NCBI GenBank assembly: GCA_051294375.1 | Contig: CM119264.1 | Location: forward strand, 1,703,662-1,767,661 | From: Paraspadella gotoi | Taxonomy: Eukaryota > Animalia > Chaetognatha | Reading direction: 5' to 3' | Length of the DNA: 64,000 bases | Part shown: positions 26,480 through 38,919 of the stretch, piece after piece | Layout of the letters: the number at the start of each line of letters is the position of its first letter | Numbering within the stretch: the stretch's first letter is position 1 | Made by a program: the position numbers and the translations under genes | The notes under the pieces: model-generated | Told to the model about the DNA's origin: nothing | The model's input: only the letters and a program-made list of their open reading frames with translations | Database searches by the model: none

Positions 26480-27430
26480 ATCTTTATATGTTTATTAGTT
26501 TTTCACGAATTTTCACAATTGCTAAGTAGCCTGCACTTAGCAACGTAACTAATAAATAAACAGCCTAGGACACAATGAAAAATGCGTAACGTTACTGGGT
26601 TTCCGTTGCATATAAAAAAATTCGACTGTTACAATATTATTTATAATTTTCTTTTTTTATTTTTGAAACGTTTAAGTTCATAGTGTCCATATCCCAAATG
26701 ATCAATGCAAAAACTCTTTTTTGTTTTTAGATATGACCGAAATAGGGTGGAAAGAAATAATAATTTTTTTAAAAAGTTACTTTATTCATATTTATTCCTA
26801 GAATTGTAATAAAAAAAAATTAAAAAAAAAATAATATAACGCAATAGTTATGTTATGTCTCAATTAGAGGAAAATAAAACTGCTCATTAAAAATTCGAAT
26901 CGGGAAGTGGGGGTAACTAAAGGTCTTACCAAGCAAACCTCCACAAGCCGATTGTTCTCGTCAAATATTGTTTTTTGATTAATACATTTGAAAGGAAAAA
27001 AAGAAATTCAGAATGCAGGTTGTATAAAGGGTAGCAGATAATCTGGCTTATGCTTGATAACCACACCTTTTTATATCTTTGTGAAATGGGGGCAGTGAAA
27101 AGATATCTAATAAAATGATCATTAAGTCAGGTCAATGAAGTCCCTTTCCTAATGGCTACTTAGAAAATATTTTTTTCTTAATTAAAAATGGATGATAAAT
27201 AAGATAGAAGTTAAATTCCTGCTAATATTTAATAAGAAAATTATCAATACATTTAAGCAACAATGATGTTCTTGCTTTGTCAATATATTGTCCAGCGTAT
27301 ATATATTTNNNNNNNNNNNNNNNNNNNNNNNNNACGACGACGACGACGACGACTGAGGAAAATGGGGATGATTTTGCCGAGAGAATCTCCGGCGGCGGAA
27401 ATGGGAGGAACATCTGGAGAGAGAGAGAGA

Positions 27431-27480
<50 letters not shown>

Positions 27481-27668
27481 AAAAAGAGAGAGAGATAGAG
27501 AGAGAGAGATATAAGAGAGAGAGAGAAGAAAGAAAGAGAGGAGAGGAGAGAGGAAGAGTAGAAAGAGAGAGAGAGAGAGNNNNNNNNNNNNNNNNNNNNN
27601 NNNNNNNNNNNNNNNNNNNNNNNNNNNNNNNNNNNNNNNNNNNNNNNNNNNNNNNNNNNNNNNNNNNN

Positions 27669-27701
<33 letters not shown>

Positions 27702-29260
27702 CTTTTATAGTTTATTAGTTTTTCACAATTTTCACAATTGCTAAGTAGCTCAACTTACAACGTAACTAATACAATAACAGCCTAGTTTAGTTCTAATTTT
27801 CCGCCATTTTGAAATATCCTTTTCATTCCGTGAATTATCGAGTTTTGAAAATCGGAATTTTTTCGTTTCTACTTTTGGCTTCGGATTTGGTGGAAATAAA
27901 ATTAATTCTTTGTTTCCTGACATCAAATTTTCTCTGTTCGGTTGTTTAGTTGTAGAATCGGGAGGCAGATATATTATTCAATTTTTGGTCGGTTAGTCTA
28001 TGTGTGATAATAATGTTAATTTGATTATAAATTTGATAATATTTAAATAACTACCGAATAGATGATCTAGATTGTATGCATAATTAAACAAAAATTCTAT
28101 ACAAATTAGATTTAAATAGAAATACTGATGAATAATAAATAAGCTTATTTATCAGCTTAATATAAATAGCTTATTTATTTGATGAATAAATAATCTTTAT
28201 TTTGGTTGTGCTTCTTCCACGTAAAACTCACAAATCGAACGATTTCCTCGTTTTGTACTAAGACAAAAAGTGAGCCAGCTGACCTCTTTTTTGTTTATAG
28301 GCTGGCTGTACTTTGCAAATCCAAATGCCCGCTACATTCATACTTTCCTCATTTTTCAATTGCAAATTTGTTGACATTCAAACGTTCAACGTTCCCAGCA
28401 GCCGCCGCCGCCGCCGCCGCCGCTGTTCCCCCTTTCTCTTCTCAAGACTCAAAACGCGTTTGAATTTTTAAAAGATAAAAGTTTGGATGATTAAAAAATC
28501 ATTAAAATGATAAATTCGTGTTTCGGAGAAATTTCTGTGATAGGCAGAAATTATATATTTACTTACGACTCAGAAATAAAAAAAGAGAATAGATTAAGTA
28601 AAAGAAAGGAGAATAGGGTCCAAGAGATTGCTGTTGTCATCCGTGTTGTAGTTATTGTCGTCATTATTGTCATCATCGTTGTAGTTGTCGACGTAGTTTA
28701 AAGTAGTTTTCAACTTTTAACAAATTAGGTGAAAAAAATTAAATATCGTTACCAAATTTGATTTAAATTTTTACCAAAAAAATTCATTAACATGTATGAA
28801 TGTTTATATATTTTAATATATCTATAACTTTTACATTAACTAAACATCAATTTACAGATACAACTGCTTACAAATACACTATTTCATCTTGCATCTTCCT
28901 TCTCTGTCAATCAATAACCGAAGTCGAGAAGTGAAAACTTGAATACGAATTGCATCTTCCGTCAAATTAAATCTCCCGGCAGATATCCATCCGGCACCTG
29001 CTCTCCGGCCGATAATCTCNNNNNNNNNNCTCTCTCTCTCTCTCTCTCTCTCTCTATATCATCTCAAAAGATTCCGCATTTTTACCGGCGGCCGGGAATC
29101 CATCCGGCCTTCGACAACCTGGTTTCCGGCCACAGGCTCATAACGACGTCGAAATTTGCCAGACATCAGCGGAAATTGCAAGAAATCTATGGAAATTGGC
29201 GGAATTTGCTGACGCTTACCTCTTGTCAGTCTCTTCTCTCGGTGTCGATATTGGAAAATT

Positions 29261-29616
29261 CGGCCTTATTTTCTCAGAACGCCCAATTTTATCTTAAATT
29301 TGAAATTAAGTTAATTTTTAAGTCTAAATTATATTAAAATTTAAGATTTTGAAATAGGGTAAGAATTATATTTAGGATTAGGGTTAGGGATTAGGTTGCT
29401 AATTAGGATTAGGATTAAGATTATGAGTTCAAGTTAATAAATAAAGATTAAAGTTTAAAGTTAGGGTTACAGATTAAATTAAAATTAGGGATTAGGGTGG
29501 GGAATTAGAGTTACAGATTATGTTATAAGATTAATTATGAATTAAGATTAAATTAAGTTAAAACGAAGTTCAATGATTTAGGAACAGAAATGAGGCGCTT
29601 TTGAAAAAGAGAGCCG
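29261..29616 (+). mobile_element. MITE with CGG..CCG termini and degenerate TTAGGG-like interior
   Basis: Left end CGGCCTTATTTTCTCAGAACGCCCAATTT and right end AAATGAGGCGCTTTTGAAAAAGAGAGCCG are imperfect inverted repeats. Confidence 0.7.
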
Positions 29617-30009
29617 GAAATCCCTCAAATTCTATTGCATCATTTCTTTTTGTTTCTCTCACTAACTTATTTCTCCTGCATTCTCTTATCCGCTCTTAAT
29701 TCCATCTATAAACTTTCATTCTAATAATGAATTATAAAAATTTATAACAAATTATAAAAAAATTAATAATTTAAGTCTATGATTCGACCTAAATCCGATC
29801 CTTACTAACCTTTTTTTCCCCTTTATTTCGCTAAATGTTTTACCCCACTTGCATAACTTGATAATTTTCATTAACTTACCTTTTCACAACTTTACTCACG
29901 TACCCGACGTGCAATCTCACCCTCGCTTTGCGTGACTTGTCGTTCACGGTCTCGAGAGTTCATGAACTCACCCGCAGATCGAGTTGCGCCGTGAGCCGAT
30001 TTTTTTTTT

Positions 30010-30386
30010 TTAGTTGTGCCGCGAGTACTCGCGGAGCAACACTATAATTCACTTTTCGGTCGGTCTGTCGGTCGGTATGTCTGCCCGTCGGTCAATCCCA
30101 CTGACGTTAAAAAGTATATAATTTCCCTACAATAAGTTGCTCATTTGTTAAAACAGGAAAAAACCTCAAATCTAAGTGACTGCTAGCGCCGCCTTTAGAA
30201 AATCCTAAACTATAAAAAATAAAAGATGGAATTCCGATGCAGCGTGTGTCTTAAATACACAGGCTCAGAAAGTTATTGTAGTCTTGTAATCATGTCGCGT
30301 CATGTCATGTCATATCATGTCACATCATGTTATGTCTCAACAAAAAAAGCACTGCGGCGCAACACATTGGATGAACCGATCTCGTT
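30010..30386 (+). mobile_element. HINE/DINE-1-like non-autonomous Helentron
   Basis: T-run, 5' hairpin GTTGTG-CCGCGAGTACTCGCGG-AGCAAC, GTCG/GTCT microsatellite, (CATGT)n, 3' sub-terminal inverted repeat GCGGCGCAAC, short stem-loop, T-run. Duplicate at ~40345-40760. Confidence 0.75.
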
Positions 30387-31454
30387 TTGTTTAAATTTTG
30401 CTGGAGCGGACAGAAAGTTGTGGGATAGGGGGAAGAGGAAGAGGAAGAGGAGGAGGAATGGAAAGAGGAAGAGGAAGCGGAAGAAGAAGAGGATGAGAAT
30501 CGACCCAGTAGTTGAGATTGTTGGCTTTGGGTAGAAACCCGTCGGCCTGAGATGGTGGTTATTTTAAAGGTAGACAGAATCGGTCATTGCAGCGATGGGA
30601 GTGTTGCCCCTGGCCCCGAGCTGAAACCGGAGGCTTTCCGGCCTGGCTAAAGGCCTTGGGAGTTCGGCTAGTGGCCTTGAAGCCGGGCGAGAGGCCCCGT
30701 AACATTACCGGTGGCCTTGAGACCAGTTGGCAAAGTTCCAGGGTGAGTCCAAGGTAAGGTCACTCGTTCGAATGCAAAGGGTTTTTTTTCGAATTCCGTC
30801 AGGACGAACAATATCAGCCAGACTTTTTCTTTTCACTTTAAATTCGACAGAAACGAATTTAATGGAAAAAGAAAAAAAAAAGGATATTTTTTTCTTTTCT
30901 CAATTTAATCATCACAGATGAATGAAACCCGGAAACAGCAGGAAAGGATTAAGGAAGAGGATTCCGCAGAGGAAGAAGATTCTGGAATGATTTCGAACGG
31001 GATTTTTGGAAGCCAAATTCCAGAGAAAAGGAACAATAGTTTCCGGAAGGAGGAATGAGAAGGTTCCAGAAGAGAGAAGAGGACGGATTCCGAAGAGGAA
31101 TTGGCTTCGTCTACTTGCCCAATATAAATAGCCTCTGTTTCTGCTTTGATTCAATTCTGTCCAAATATTGACACCTCGTCTTCTATCTACTTCTGTAAAT
31201 TAAATTCCACGACTTTGATTTATGCTAAAGAAAAAATTTCCCTTTCTTATTACAATTTCGGTCAAGGGTAAGGATCAACCCACGCTCGAATTTGAAAAAA
31301 AAGGCGCGAAGGTGATTAAAAAAAGATGAAAAAAATGATTTAAAAATGTGATGAAACGGTTCCATTTTCACGGATTCCTTGTGAAAAATGGGATAAAAAT
31401 AAGACGTAATGCAATTTTGCAAAAATTGTTTGATCTGAAGGGTGGTTGGCTCGG

Positions 31455-31590
31455 CCAAGCCAAGCCTAGCCAAGCCCAACCCAAGCCCAAGCCCAAACCC
31501 AAGCCCAAACCCAAGCCCAACCCAAACCCAAGCCCAAAACAAACTTAGCCAAGCCAAGCCAAGCTCAAGTCAAGCCCAAGCCAAGCCCAA
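31455..31590 (+). repeat. (AAGCC/AAGCCC/AACCC)n microsatellite
   Basis: Direct reading of the sequence. Confidence 0.85.
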
Positions 31591-31920
31591 TGACAATCTA
31601 TCCTCAATCATCTATATATAAAAAAAATCCTATTACCAAGCATTTCAAATCTTTTCCCAAACTTGATAAATCTTTATCAAGCTCCATAAAAAAGACTTCA
31701 GCGTTACCGGCAGTCGACCAAGACGCGTGACCTTCACGATTTGAGAGATGAAAGGATGGTGGGGAAATTCTGGTATGCTGCGAATCTTAATGGAGAATGC
31801 TGCAAATTAAGTGGGAATGCTGCAATTCCAAATTTGAATCCCCACGAAATCGCTATTGTTGAAAATTGTTATAGAATTGTGTTATTAAATAAAAATAACT
31901 TAAAAATTTAACCTCATATT

Positions 31921-31954
<34 letters not shown>

Positions 31955-31956
31955 TA

Positions 31957-31992
<36 letters not shown>

Positions 31993-33900
31993 TCCTTTCC
32001 CCGGCCTTGGACAACCGATTACTCTTTCATTGGAAGCAGACAAAAAATCCACTTGATTGCTTTTCGGTTTTTTGTTAAATGAGGACCTGACTTTCGCAAG
32101 TCAATAATGTAGGAAAATTTTTGTTTAAATTTACAGTATTTTTCGTCTAAAATATGATTCTCTCTCTCTCTCTCTTCTTCTCTCTCTCTCTCTTCTTCTC
32201 TCTCTCTTGCTCTCTTGGCTAGGCTTGCTTGGTCCCTTCTCTATTCTCCTCCCGCTCTTTCTCTTTCCTCTCTTCTCTCTCTCTCCCTTCTACCCCTTCC
32301 TCCCTCTCTTCCTTCAGCCCCTTCCTCCCTTCCTTCTCTCCCTTCCTTCCTTCCTCCCTTCCTCCTCTCCTTTCCTTCCTTCCTCCCTTTCCTCCCTTCC
32401 CTTTCTTCCTCCCTCTCCCTTTCTGCCCCTCCTTTCTTCCTTCCTCTCCTTCTTCTCCCTTCCTCCCTCTCTCTTCTGCCCCTTCCTTCCTTCCTTTCCT
32501 CTCCCTCTCCTTCTTCCTTTCTCCCTTCTTCCCTCTCCTCTCCCTCTCCCTTTCTTTCCTTCCTCCCTCTTTTCCCTCTCCCACCTCCCCCTCACCGATT
32601 TTGCCCACTTTTTAAAATTTAATCTCGATCAAATTTTCATTAGACAATCGACTGACCTTTTCAACACGCGCCGAGTTTCCATTTGAAAATGGAATCAAAA
32701 AATCGATGCTCTTTTTTTTCAAATCTAAATTAAAAAATTTTTAAGTTGAAACTTGAGGCTTTCGATGCACAGTATATTAATTACCGCCAATTCGTAACGA
32801 GTTGTCCACATTCAGTACAGGCGCAGATTTATACCTTTTCTGAAATATGTTGATTTATTTAGAAGTATCATTTTTCAAGATGCCTTTGAAAAAGGATACT
32901 TTTGTTAAAACAATTACGAAATGGCGGATGTTAATGTAAAAAAAAATTAGCGTAACATAAATCTTCGTTGAAAAATATTATAATAAATAAACGGTTTATA
33001 ATAATTTTAATAATTTTAAAAATTTTAACAAATAAATGGGTTTTTTAAAACAAAAAAAACCTTGGTTTTCATCTGCCAAATGGCGTTTTTTTAGATAGTT
33101 AAAACATTTACACTCGCTTTACTTTGTTCCAATACTGAATTTGTATTAACAGCATCACCAACTTACTACAATAAACGCTTCATATTTCTTATTCAATTAC
33201 GGATTTTTAAATACCATTTTTTTCTTTAGATTAGTAACACTCCATCGTCAGAAGAAATTGTTAATCGCTGTCACCTGCAGAGTAATTTTTTAATTTATGC
33301 TTCTGATCGAATGTTGTTTTTTATGGAGTCAAGAAGGAAACGAGCTGACACGCGACAAGAGGCGCTCAGAGATAGACCTACTGGGTATTCCTATTCTAAG
33401 GAAAGAACCGATATACATTTTAGAATATATCATAATAGCAGTAAAAAATTATTCAGAGTAAGATAAACGTATTATCCAATATAATTTTTTTTATGATTTT
33501 TGATATTTTAGAGACCTGAAAAATAAAAATCGCGTAAATATATTAATATTCCCATTGAGAAAAAAGGAAAAAAAAAGTCACCCTTAAGTGAGAGAACTGG
33601 ACATGAGACAGGGAGTGAGATTTGAGTGAACTCGAGAAGACAGGAGGAGAGCGAATGAGACGGAGACCGGCGGGCGGGGGATGGCGGAGCTGAACAGCGC
33701 GAACGCGAGGAGAGGAGATGATTTTAGGATGTTTTTCTCGAATTTGTACTCTTTTTATTATTGATGCTCTTGTAGACAGCGCAAAGGATCGGAACAGACT
33801 TAACAAACCACATTTTAAAGGACAAAATCCTTCTTTCTGTGTTTTTTTTTTTCGTGTTCTGCGTTTTTTCTCGTTTTTCAAATCTCACCTTGAGAGAAAA

Positions 33901-33994
33901 ATGAAGGACGGAGTTGGAATATTTGACGGATGATGTCTTGCCTCTTTTGCAATTTTCTGTGCTTTGCCTCTTGCAATGGCGCAAGATTGCAAGA
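33901..33994 (+). CDS. LGIC-A exon 1 (signal peptide)
   Basis: ATG at 33901, then ...CLASFAIFCALPLAMAQDCK and a phase-1 GTAAGT donor. In-frame TGA at 33931 lies in error-rich sequence. Parallels LGIC-B exon 1 (..ATDQCH, phase 1, GTAAGT). Confidence 0.55.
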
Positions 33995-34191
33995 GTAAGT
34001 ATTTTTGTCGTGGCAGGAGAGAGATTTACTTAATTCGTATTAGTCTACTATTTCTTAACCCTCAATGTTATTATAAATTTTAGCTTTTAAACTTTCTTAT
34101 TTTAACTCCTTAATTACCAGTCTTTTAAATTTAAACTCTTAATTTGAAGAACCAGCGACTCTCAACATTTTTTTTACGCTGCTTAACCTTT

Positions 34192-34330
34192 TTACTCTCA
34201 ACTCTTCACTCTTTACTCTCAACTTCCTCCACTACTCCAACTCTTCACTCTCAACTCTTTCACTCTCATAACTCTTCACTCTCAACTCTTCACTCTCAAA
34301 CCTCTCACTCTCAACTCCTCTGACTCTCAA
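34192..34330 (+). repeat. 14-bp minisatellite (ACTCTCAACTCTTC)n in LGIC-A intron 1
   Basis: Tandem units; about twice as long in the duplicate (44955-45270). Confidence 0.8.
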
Positions 34331-34346
34331 ACATCACCCATTAAAG

Positions 34347-34523
34347 CCCGCGGTCCGGCAGTTACGTTGTCCCGTTTCTCCGATGCAGAGCATCGTAAGG
34401 CCCGATCGATGCTCTGGAAAGACTGGCATCATTCAAAAAAAGGGAGGACATTCACGAAATGCGCAACATTGACATCAAACTTCACGCTTCTCACTCGTGA
34501 ACGGACTCACCGAGGGACGGCGC
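34347..34523 (+). CDS. LGIC-A exon 2 (N-terminal helix, beta1), indel-damaged
   Basis: Consensus with the duplicate at ~45300-45452 gives WNIDINFTLLTVNGLTEDG, homologous to LGIC-B WNIHITFTLLSVDDLRDDG. Boundaries approximate. Confidence 0.65.
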
Positions 34524-35048
34524 GTGAGTTTGGTGAGATTTTTCACCTGTGATTTTCCCTACTTCTTGTGAACGGACTCAACCGAGGAACGGTGGGCGGC
34601 CGTGCGGTGAGAATTTTTCCGAGTCCTGCGCGTCAATCGTTTGGACCACGTTTCACTTCGAAATACCGACGAGATTCACTTTGAAGTGACGGAGGGCTTC
34701 GCCTACGCGGGTGGCAGAATTAATCTCATATGCTTCTTCGATGTTAATATAAATCTCAGCCCGCCGCTCAGTGTAATGTCTTTTTATAGAGACGGAAAAT
34801 ACTTCATCTATATATGTCAAACAAACGAGAGTCTTTATTAAGAGTTACATATTCATCATCTGAGAGGGATGGAGATCTGAACCCTAAACTCTAAACGCTT
34901 ATCTAAAGTATTTATTACTAGTATTTTTATTTTACTAATACTAATATTTTTCCGGATGCATATATATTGTTTTTTTTAAACCAGTTTATAAAAAGAAACA
35001 AATTGTTTTCATTATCTCCCGATTGCAACTACTTCTTTGCCTCCTCAG

Positions 35049-35161
35049 ACTTTGTCCGCTCGAATCCGCATCGAGACTCGGTGGCACGATCCAATTCTGC
35101 AATGGCAACTGCAAGAATATTCTGGCATGGACACAATTCTGATGCCATCAAGTCTAGCAAG
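35049..35161 (+). CDS. LGIC-A exon 3 (beta2/loop D)
   Basis: CAG...GTGAGA, 113 nt: TLSARIRIETRWHDPILQWQLQEYSGMDTILMPSSLAR, the nAChR-type W.D..L.W...Y.G...+.+P motif. Confidence 0.9.
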
Positions 35162-35390
35162 GTGAGAACTGAGAAGATGGATGACATGGACAATTGGACA
35201 TAGGACATGTCATAAACATGGGAAAACGTTCTGATGCTGATGAGACTGCAAAAGTGAGGAGATGCGATCGTTAATAATTACCAATTGCTAAATATTAATT
35301 AAATAAAGCTATTTATTGGCTATGATGATAATTAAAAACAATTTAAGGTTAAATTACATTGCGAATTAAAAATGAAAAAAAAGACCAAAA

Positions 35391-35421
<31 letters not shown>

Positions 35422-35525
35422 TAATTGATAGGATGAAAAAAAGCAAACGACCTCACCTTCTTCCTTACCTTTCCTTACCCTCTTTCTGACCCATTTCTTC
35501 CCCCTTCCACACCCCCCTCTTTCAG

Positions 35526-35663
35526 ATGGCCCAACTTCGTTCTCCTCGAAGACCAAGATTCACAACACACGCTCATCGACAAAATGAGTCAATTCCCTGT
35601 CATGTTGACTCACAACGGCGACAGTTCCATGCTGACGGAAGTCGGCACCAAAACGTCTTGCAG
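35526..35663 (+). CDS. LGIC-A exon 4 (loop A, loop E, first Cys-loop cysteine)
   Basis: TTCAG...GTGGAG, 138 nt: WPNFVLLEDQDSQHTLIDKMSQFPVMLTHNGDSSMLTEVGTKTSC. Strongly similar to LGIC-B 56197-56409; phases consistent with exon 3. Confidence 0.9.
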
Positions 35664-35681
35664 GTGGAGTAAATGGAATCG

Positions 35682-35711
<30 letters not shown>

Positions 35712-35718
<7 letters not shown>

Positions 35719-35758
35719 CCTGCAGAATCAAGATTCGCGTTGTTCCACTGCAAATCAG
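35712..35758 (+). CDS. LGIC-A exon 5 remnant (second Cys-loop cysteine, loop B)
   Basis: SQTCRIKIRVVPLQIR then GT. The acceptor and MDRTHFPL portion are missing here but present in the duplicate at 46721-46797. Confidence 0.75.
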
Positions 35759-36831
35759 GTCCGTCATTCTTGCAACAAAAAAAAGTTCATTATACTTTTT
35801 TTATTATTTTATTTTTNNNNNNNNNNNNNNNNNNNNNNNNNNNNNNNNNNNNNNNNNNNNNNNNNNNNNNNNNNNNNNNNNNNNNNNNNNNNNNNNNNNN
35901 NNNNNNNNNNNNNNNNNNNNNNNNNNNNNNNNNNNNNNNNNNNNNNNNNNNNNNNNNNNNNNNNNNNNNNNNNNNNNNNNNNNNNNNNNNNNNNNNNNNN
36001 NNNNNNNNNNNNNNNNNNNNNNNNNNNNNNNNNNNNNNNNNNNNNNNNNNNNNNNNNNNNNNNNNNNNNNNNNNNNNNNNNNNNNNNNNNNNNNNNNNNN
36101 NNNNNNNNNNNNNNNNNNNNNNNNNNNNNNNNNNNNNNNNNNNNNNNNNNNNNNNNNNNNNNNNNNNNNNNNNNNNNNNNNNNNNNNNNNNNNNNNNNNN
36201 NNNNNNNNNNNNNNNNNNNNNNNNNNNNNNNNNNNNNNNNNNNNNNNNNNNNNNNNNNNNNNNNNNNNNNNNNNNNNNNNNNNNNNNNNNNNNNNNNNNN
36301 NNNNNNNNNNNNNNNNNNNNNNNNNNNNNNNNNNNNNNNNNNNNNNNNNNNNNNNNNNNNNNNNTCTCTATCATTTCCTCTTTCCTCCCTTTCTTATCTT
36401 CTCTCTCTTCTTCTTCATTCTTTTCGTTATTTTCATTTCCTCTTTTTTCTTTCCTCTTTCCTCCCTTTTCTTTCTTCTTTCCTCCATTTTCTTTTTTCTT
36501 TCCTCCATTTTCTTTTCCCTTCCATTCCTTTCCTTCTTCTCCTTTTCTTTTTCCTCCTTTTTCTTTCTTCTTTCCTCCATTTTTTTTCTTTCTTCCTTTT
36601 TCTTTCCTCTTTCCTCCCTTTTATTTCCTTTTTCGTCCCTTTTTCTTTCTTCTTTCCTCCTTTTTCTTTCGTCTTTCCTCCCTTTTTTTTCTTTCCTCTT
36701 TTTTCCTTCCTCTTTCCTTCCTTTCCTTTTCTCTTTCCTCCTTATTCCTCTTTCCCTCTCCCTCTTTTCCTCCCTCTCCCTCTCCCTCTTTTCCTCCCTC
36801 TCCCTCTTTTCCTCCCTCTCCTCTCAAACAG

Positions 36832-36982
36832 GTCCATAGCCGAACTGACAGTGGGCTACACTCACGACGAGACTCTTTTCTCCGACTCCACCGATTGGCC
36901 TCTTCTTCCTTCTTACGTGGAGGGATTCCAGACTTCGGCCATTCGAACGGGAATCGCTTACGACGAGGATTTTGAGAAACAG
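36832..36982 (+). CDS. LGIC-A exon 6 (beta8, loop F, beta9, loop C)
   Basis: ACAG...GTTTGG: SIAELTVGYTHDETLFSDSTDWPLLPSYVEGFQTSAIRTGIAYDEDFEKQ, homologous to LGIC-B DIANLTVSYEHDDDLFDESVDWPLEPTY. Confidence 0.88.
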
Positions 36983-37626
36983 GTTTGGTTGTTGTTTTTG
37001 TCGTTGTTGTTGTCGTCGTTGTTATTGTTGTTGTTTTTGTTATTGTTGTTGTTATTGCTGTTGTTTTTGTTTCTGTTGTTGTTGTTATTGTTTTTGTTGT
37101 TGTGAACGCCAATGTCGTCGTCGAAACTAATTTAGGGGCCTTATTTTCCCAGAACGCCCCATTTTATCTTACATTCAAAATTAGATTTTTAGGGTTAGGT
37201 GGTTAGGATTAAAAATTAAGGATATAGGCTTAGGATATGATTAGGGGTTAGGATTAAGGTTACAAATTTAAAAAAAAGCTTAGGTTAAATATTGAGACTA
37301 AGATTAAATTCCGGGATAAATTAAGATCGTTCACATCGTCGACTTTGTCACAGTTTGTGGTTTTAAAAGTTTGTGAATTATGTGGATTTTGTTGACAATT
37401 AAGCTTTCCTTGCAATTGTCAAATGTGATTAGAATAAATGATTGGTATTATTTGATTCAATGAAGTTTTGTTCATTCAGCATTCAACTGACGACTGTTAT
37501 TCTTCCCTCATACCCAGGACTATTCAAAACTCAACCCTTTAAATCTGTCCATCCTCTTTTCCATTCACATTCCCATACGTTCCCAGCCCAATCACATTCA
37601 TCTATTTCTCTCTCCCTTCACCAAAG

Positions 37627-37747
37627 GAGAAGTACGCCTTCCTGGCAGATCCGAGTGGACGAAACGGTCACTCGGTCGAAGTCGCTTTGGTTGATCCAAT
37701 GTTTGCCTTTTCATTCCTCACTTCCTTTATTTTCCTTCTTCCTCCGG
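37627..37747 (+). CDS. LGIC-A exon 7 (beta10 and M1)
   Basis: Two-copy consensus EKYAFLEIRVRRNGHSVEVALVDPMFAFSFLTSFIFLLPP, like nAChR Y...IRR....L..P...SFLT...F.LP. GTAAGT donor. Confidence 0.85.
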
Positions 37748-38151
37748 GTAAGTATTGTAAAAAATTTGGAATTAGTAATTATCATTTATTTAAACTTATA
37801 TGTACTTTATTATGTTATTGGAATTGATATGAAATGATATATTTTTGTTCTTACTCTCTGCAGTATTTCTTTCCTTTTTTTTATGTAAGATTTTTCGTTT
37901 CTTCCCATTTTTTCTCCACATTTTTTAAACCAATTTTTAGTATTTTTTTTTTCTTGTCTTATTTTTTCTTCGATTTTACATAATTTTTTTAATTTCAAAC
38001 TCTTTCTGAGCCTCTTGCTCATTTTCTTAATTTACTAATTGCACTTTAATTTCCTTTCTCTTTCTTGTTTTTTCACTCTTTTTCTCTTCATCTTTTTTTA
38101 TTCACCATAGCGTTTTCCATCTTCATCATCACTAAATCCAACTTTTCACAG

Positions 38152-38223
38152 GAGAGTGGTGAACGAATGGGCACCGCATCACGGATGCTGCTCACCATCG
38201 CAGTCACGCTCATTTCGGTCAAG
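38152..38223 (+). CDS. LGIC-A exon 8 (M2 pore helix)
   Basis: CACAG...GTGAGA, 72 nt: ESGERMGTA(SR here; IT in duplicate)MLLTIAVTLISVK, with the GE(K/R) cation-channel motif, 9' Leu and 13' Val. Confidence 0.88.
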
Positions 38224-38788
38224 GTGAGAGAGTGAATCTTGTACGAGAACGCGATTCGACCTTCTTAAAAAGTCATAAAGGGTGCCTCCAGTACGAGGAA
38301 AGGCTTTAAACCTAAATAGTTTTATTAAAATTTTCACCAATGATCTCTACCACTTTTATCACTTCCTCTCTTTTCTCTCCTCCCCTTCTCACCCTCCTCT
38401 CCTCCCTTCCCTTTTTTTCCCTCCCCTCTCCTCCAACCCCTCTCCTCCCTCTCCTCCTCTCTCTCTCCTCCCCTCCTTCCTCCCCCTCCAACCACCTTCC
38501 TCACTCCCTCCTCTCTCTCTCCCCTCCAACCCCCTTCCTCCCTTCTTCCTCCTCCCCTTCCAACCCCTTCCTCCCTCCCTCCTCCTCTCTCTCCCCTCCC
38601 CTCTCCTCCTCCCCTCCCCCTCCAACCCCTTCCTCCCTCCCTCCTCCCTCTCTCCCTCCCCTCTGCCCTCCTCCCCCTCCAACCCCTTCCTCCCCCCTTC
38701 CTTCTCTCTCCCCTCTCCTCCCCCTCCTCCTCCCCCTCCACCCAACCCCTTTCCTCCCTCCCACTCCTCTCTCCCCCTCTCCTCACAG

Positions 38789-38919
38789 GATCTCCTCCCC
38801 AACTCTCCTCCTCTTCCTTCTTTTCCCGATTCTGCGAATTTGTTTCGGTCAAACGATCGTCGTTTTCTGTGAGACGATCGTTGTTCTCTCGATGTGGAGC
38901 TGGTCGAGACCGCGTCCCG
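38789..38919 (+). CDS. LGIC-A exon 9 (M2-M3 loop and M3)
   Basis: CACAG acceptor. DLLPNSPP...FPILRICFGQTIVVFCETIVVLSMWSWSRPRP with one frameshift. 3' boundary uncertain. Confidence 0.75.

Noticed and set aside
26067-27785. ~500 bp direct repeat (26067-26570 vs 27334-27785) as an LTR pair
   Set aside because: Flanks an N gap, is mostly (GA)n, and has no TG..CA ends or primer-binding site; likely gap-fill redundancy.
29350-29560. Telomere or chromosome-fusion site
   Set aside because: Highly degenerate and enclosed by TIR-like ends; better explained as MITE interior.
33931-33933. Selenocysteine or readthrough at the in-frame TGA in LGIC-A exon 1
   Set aside because: Error-rich region; the duplicate differs at this spot.
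34550-34620. Duplicated end of LGIC-A exon 2 as an alternative exon
   Set aside because: Absent from the second copy and noisy; likely consensus stutter.
35237-35270. Hammerhead ribozyme core (CTGATGAG)
   Set aside because: No stem II followed by GAAA, and no flanking stems.
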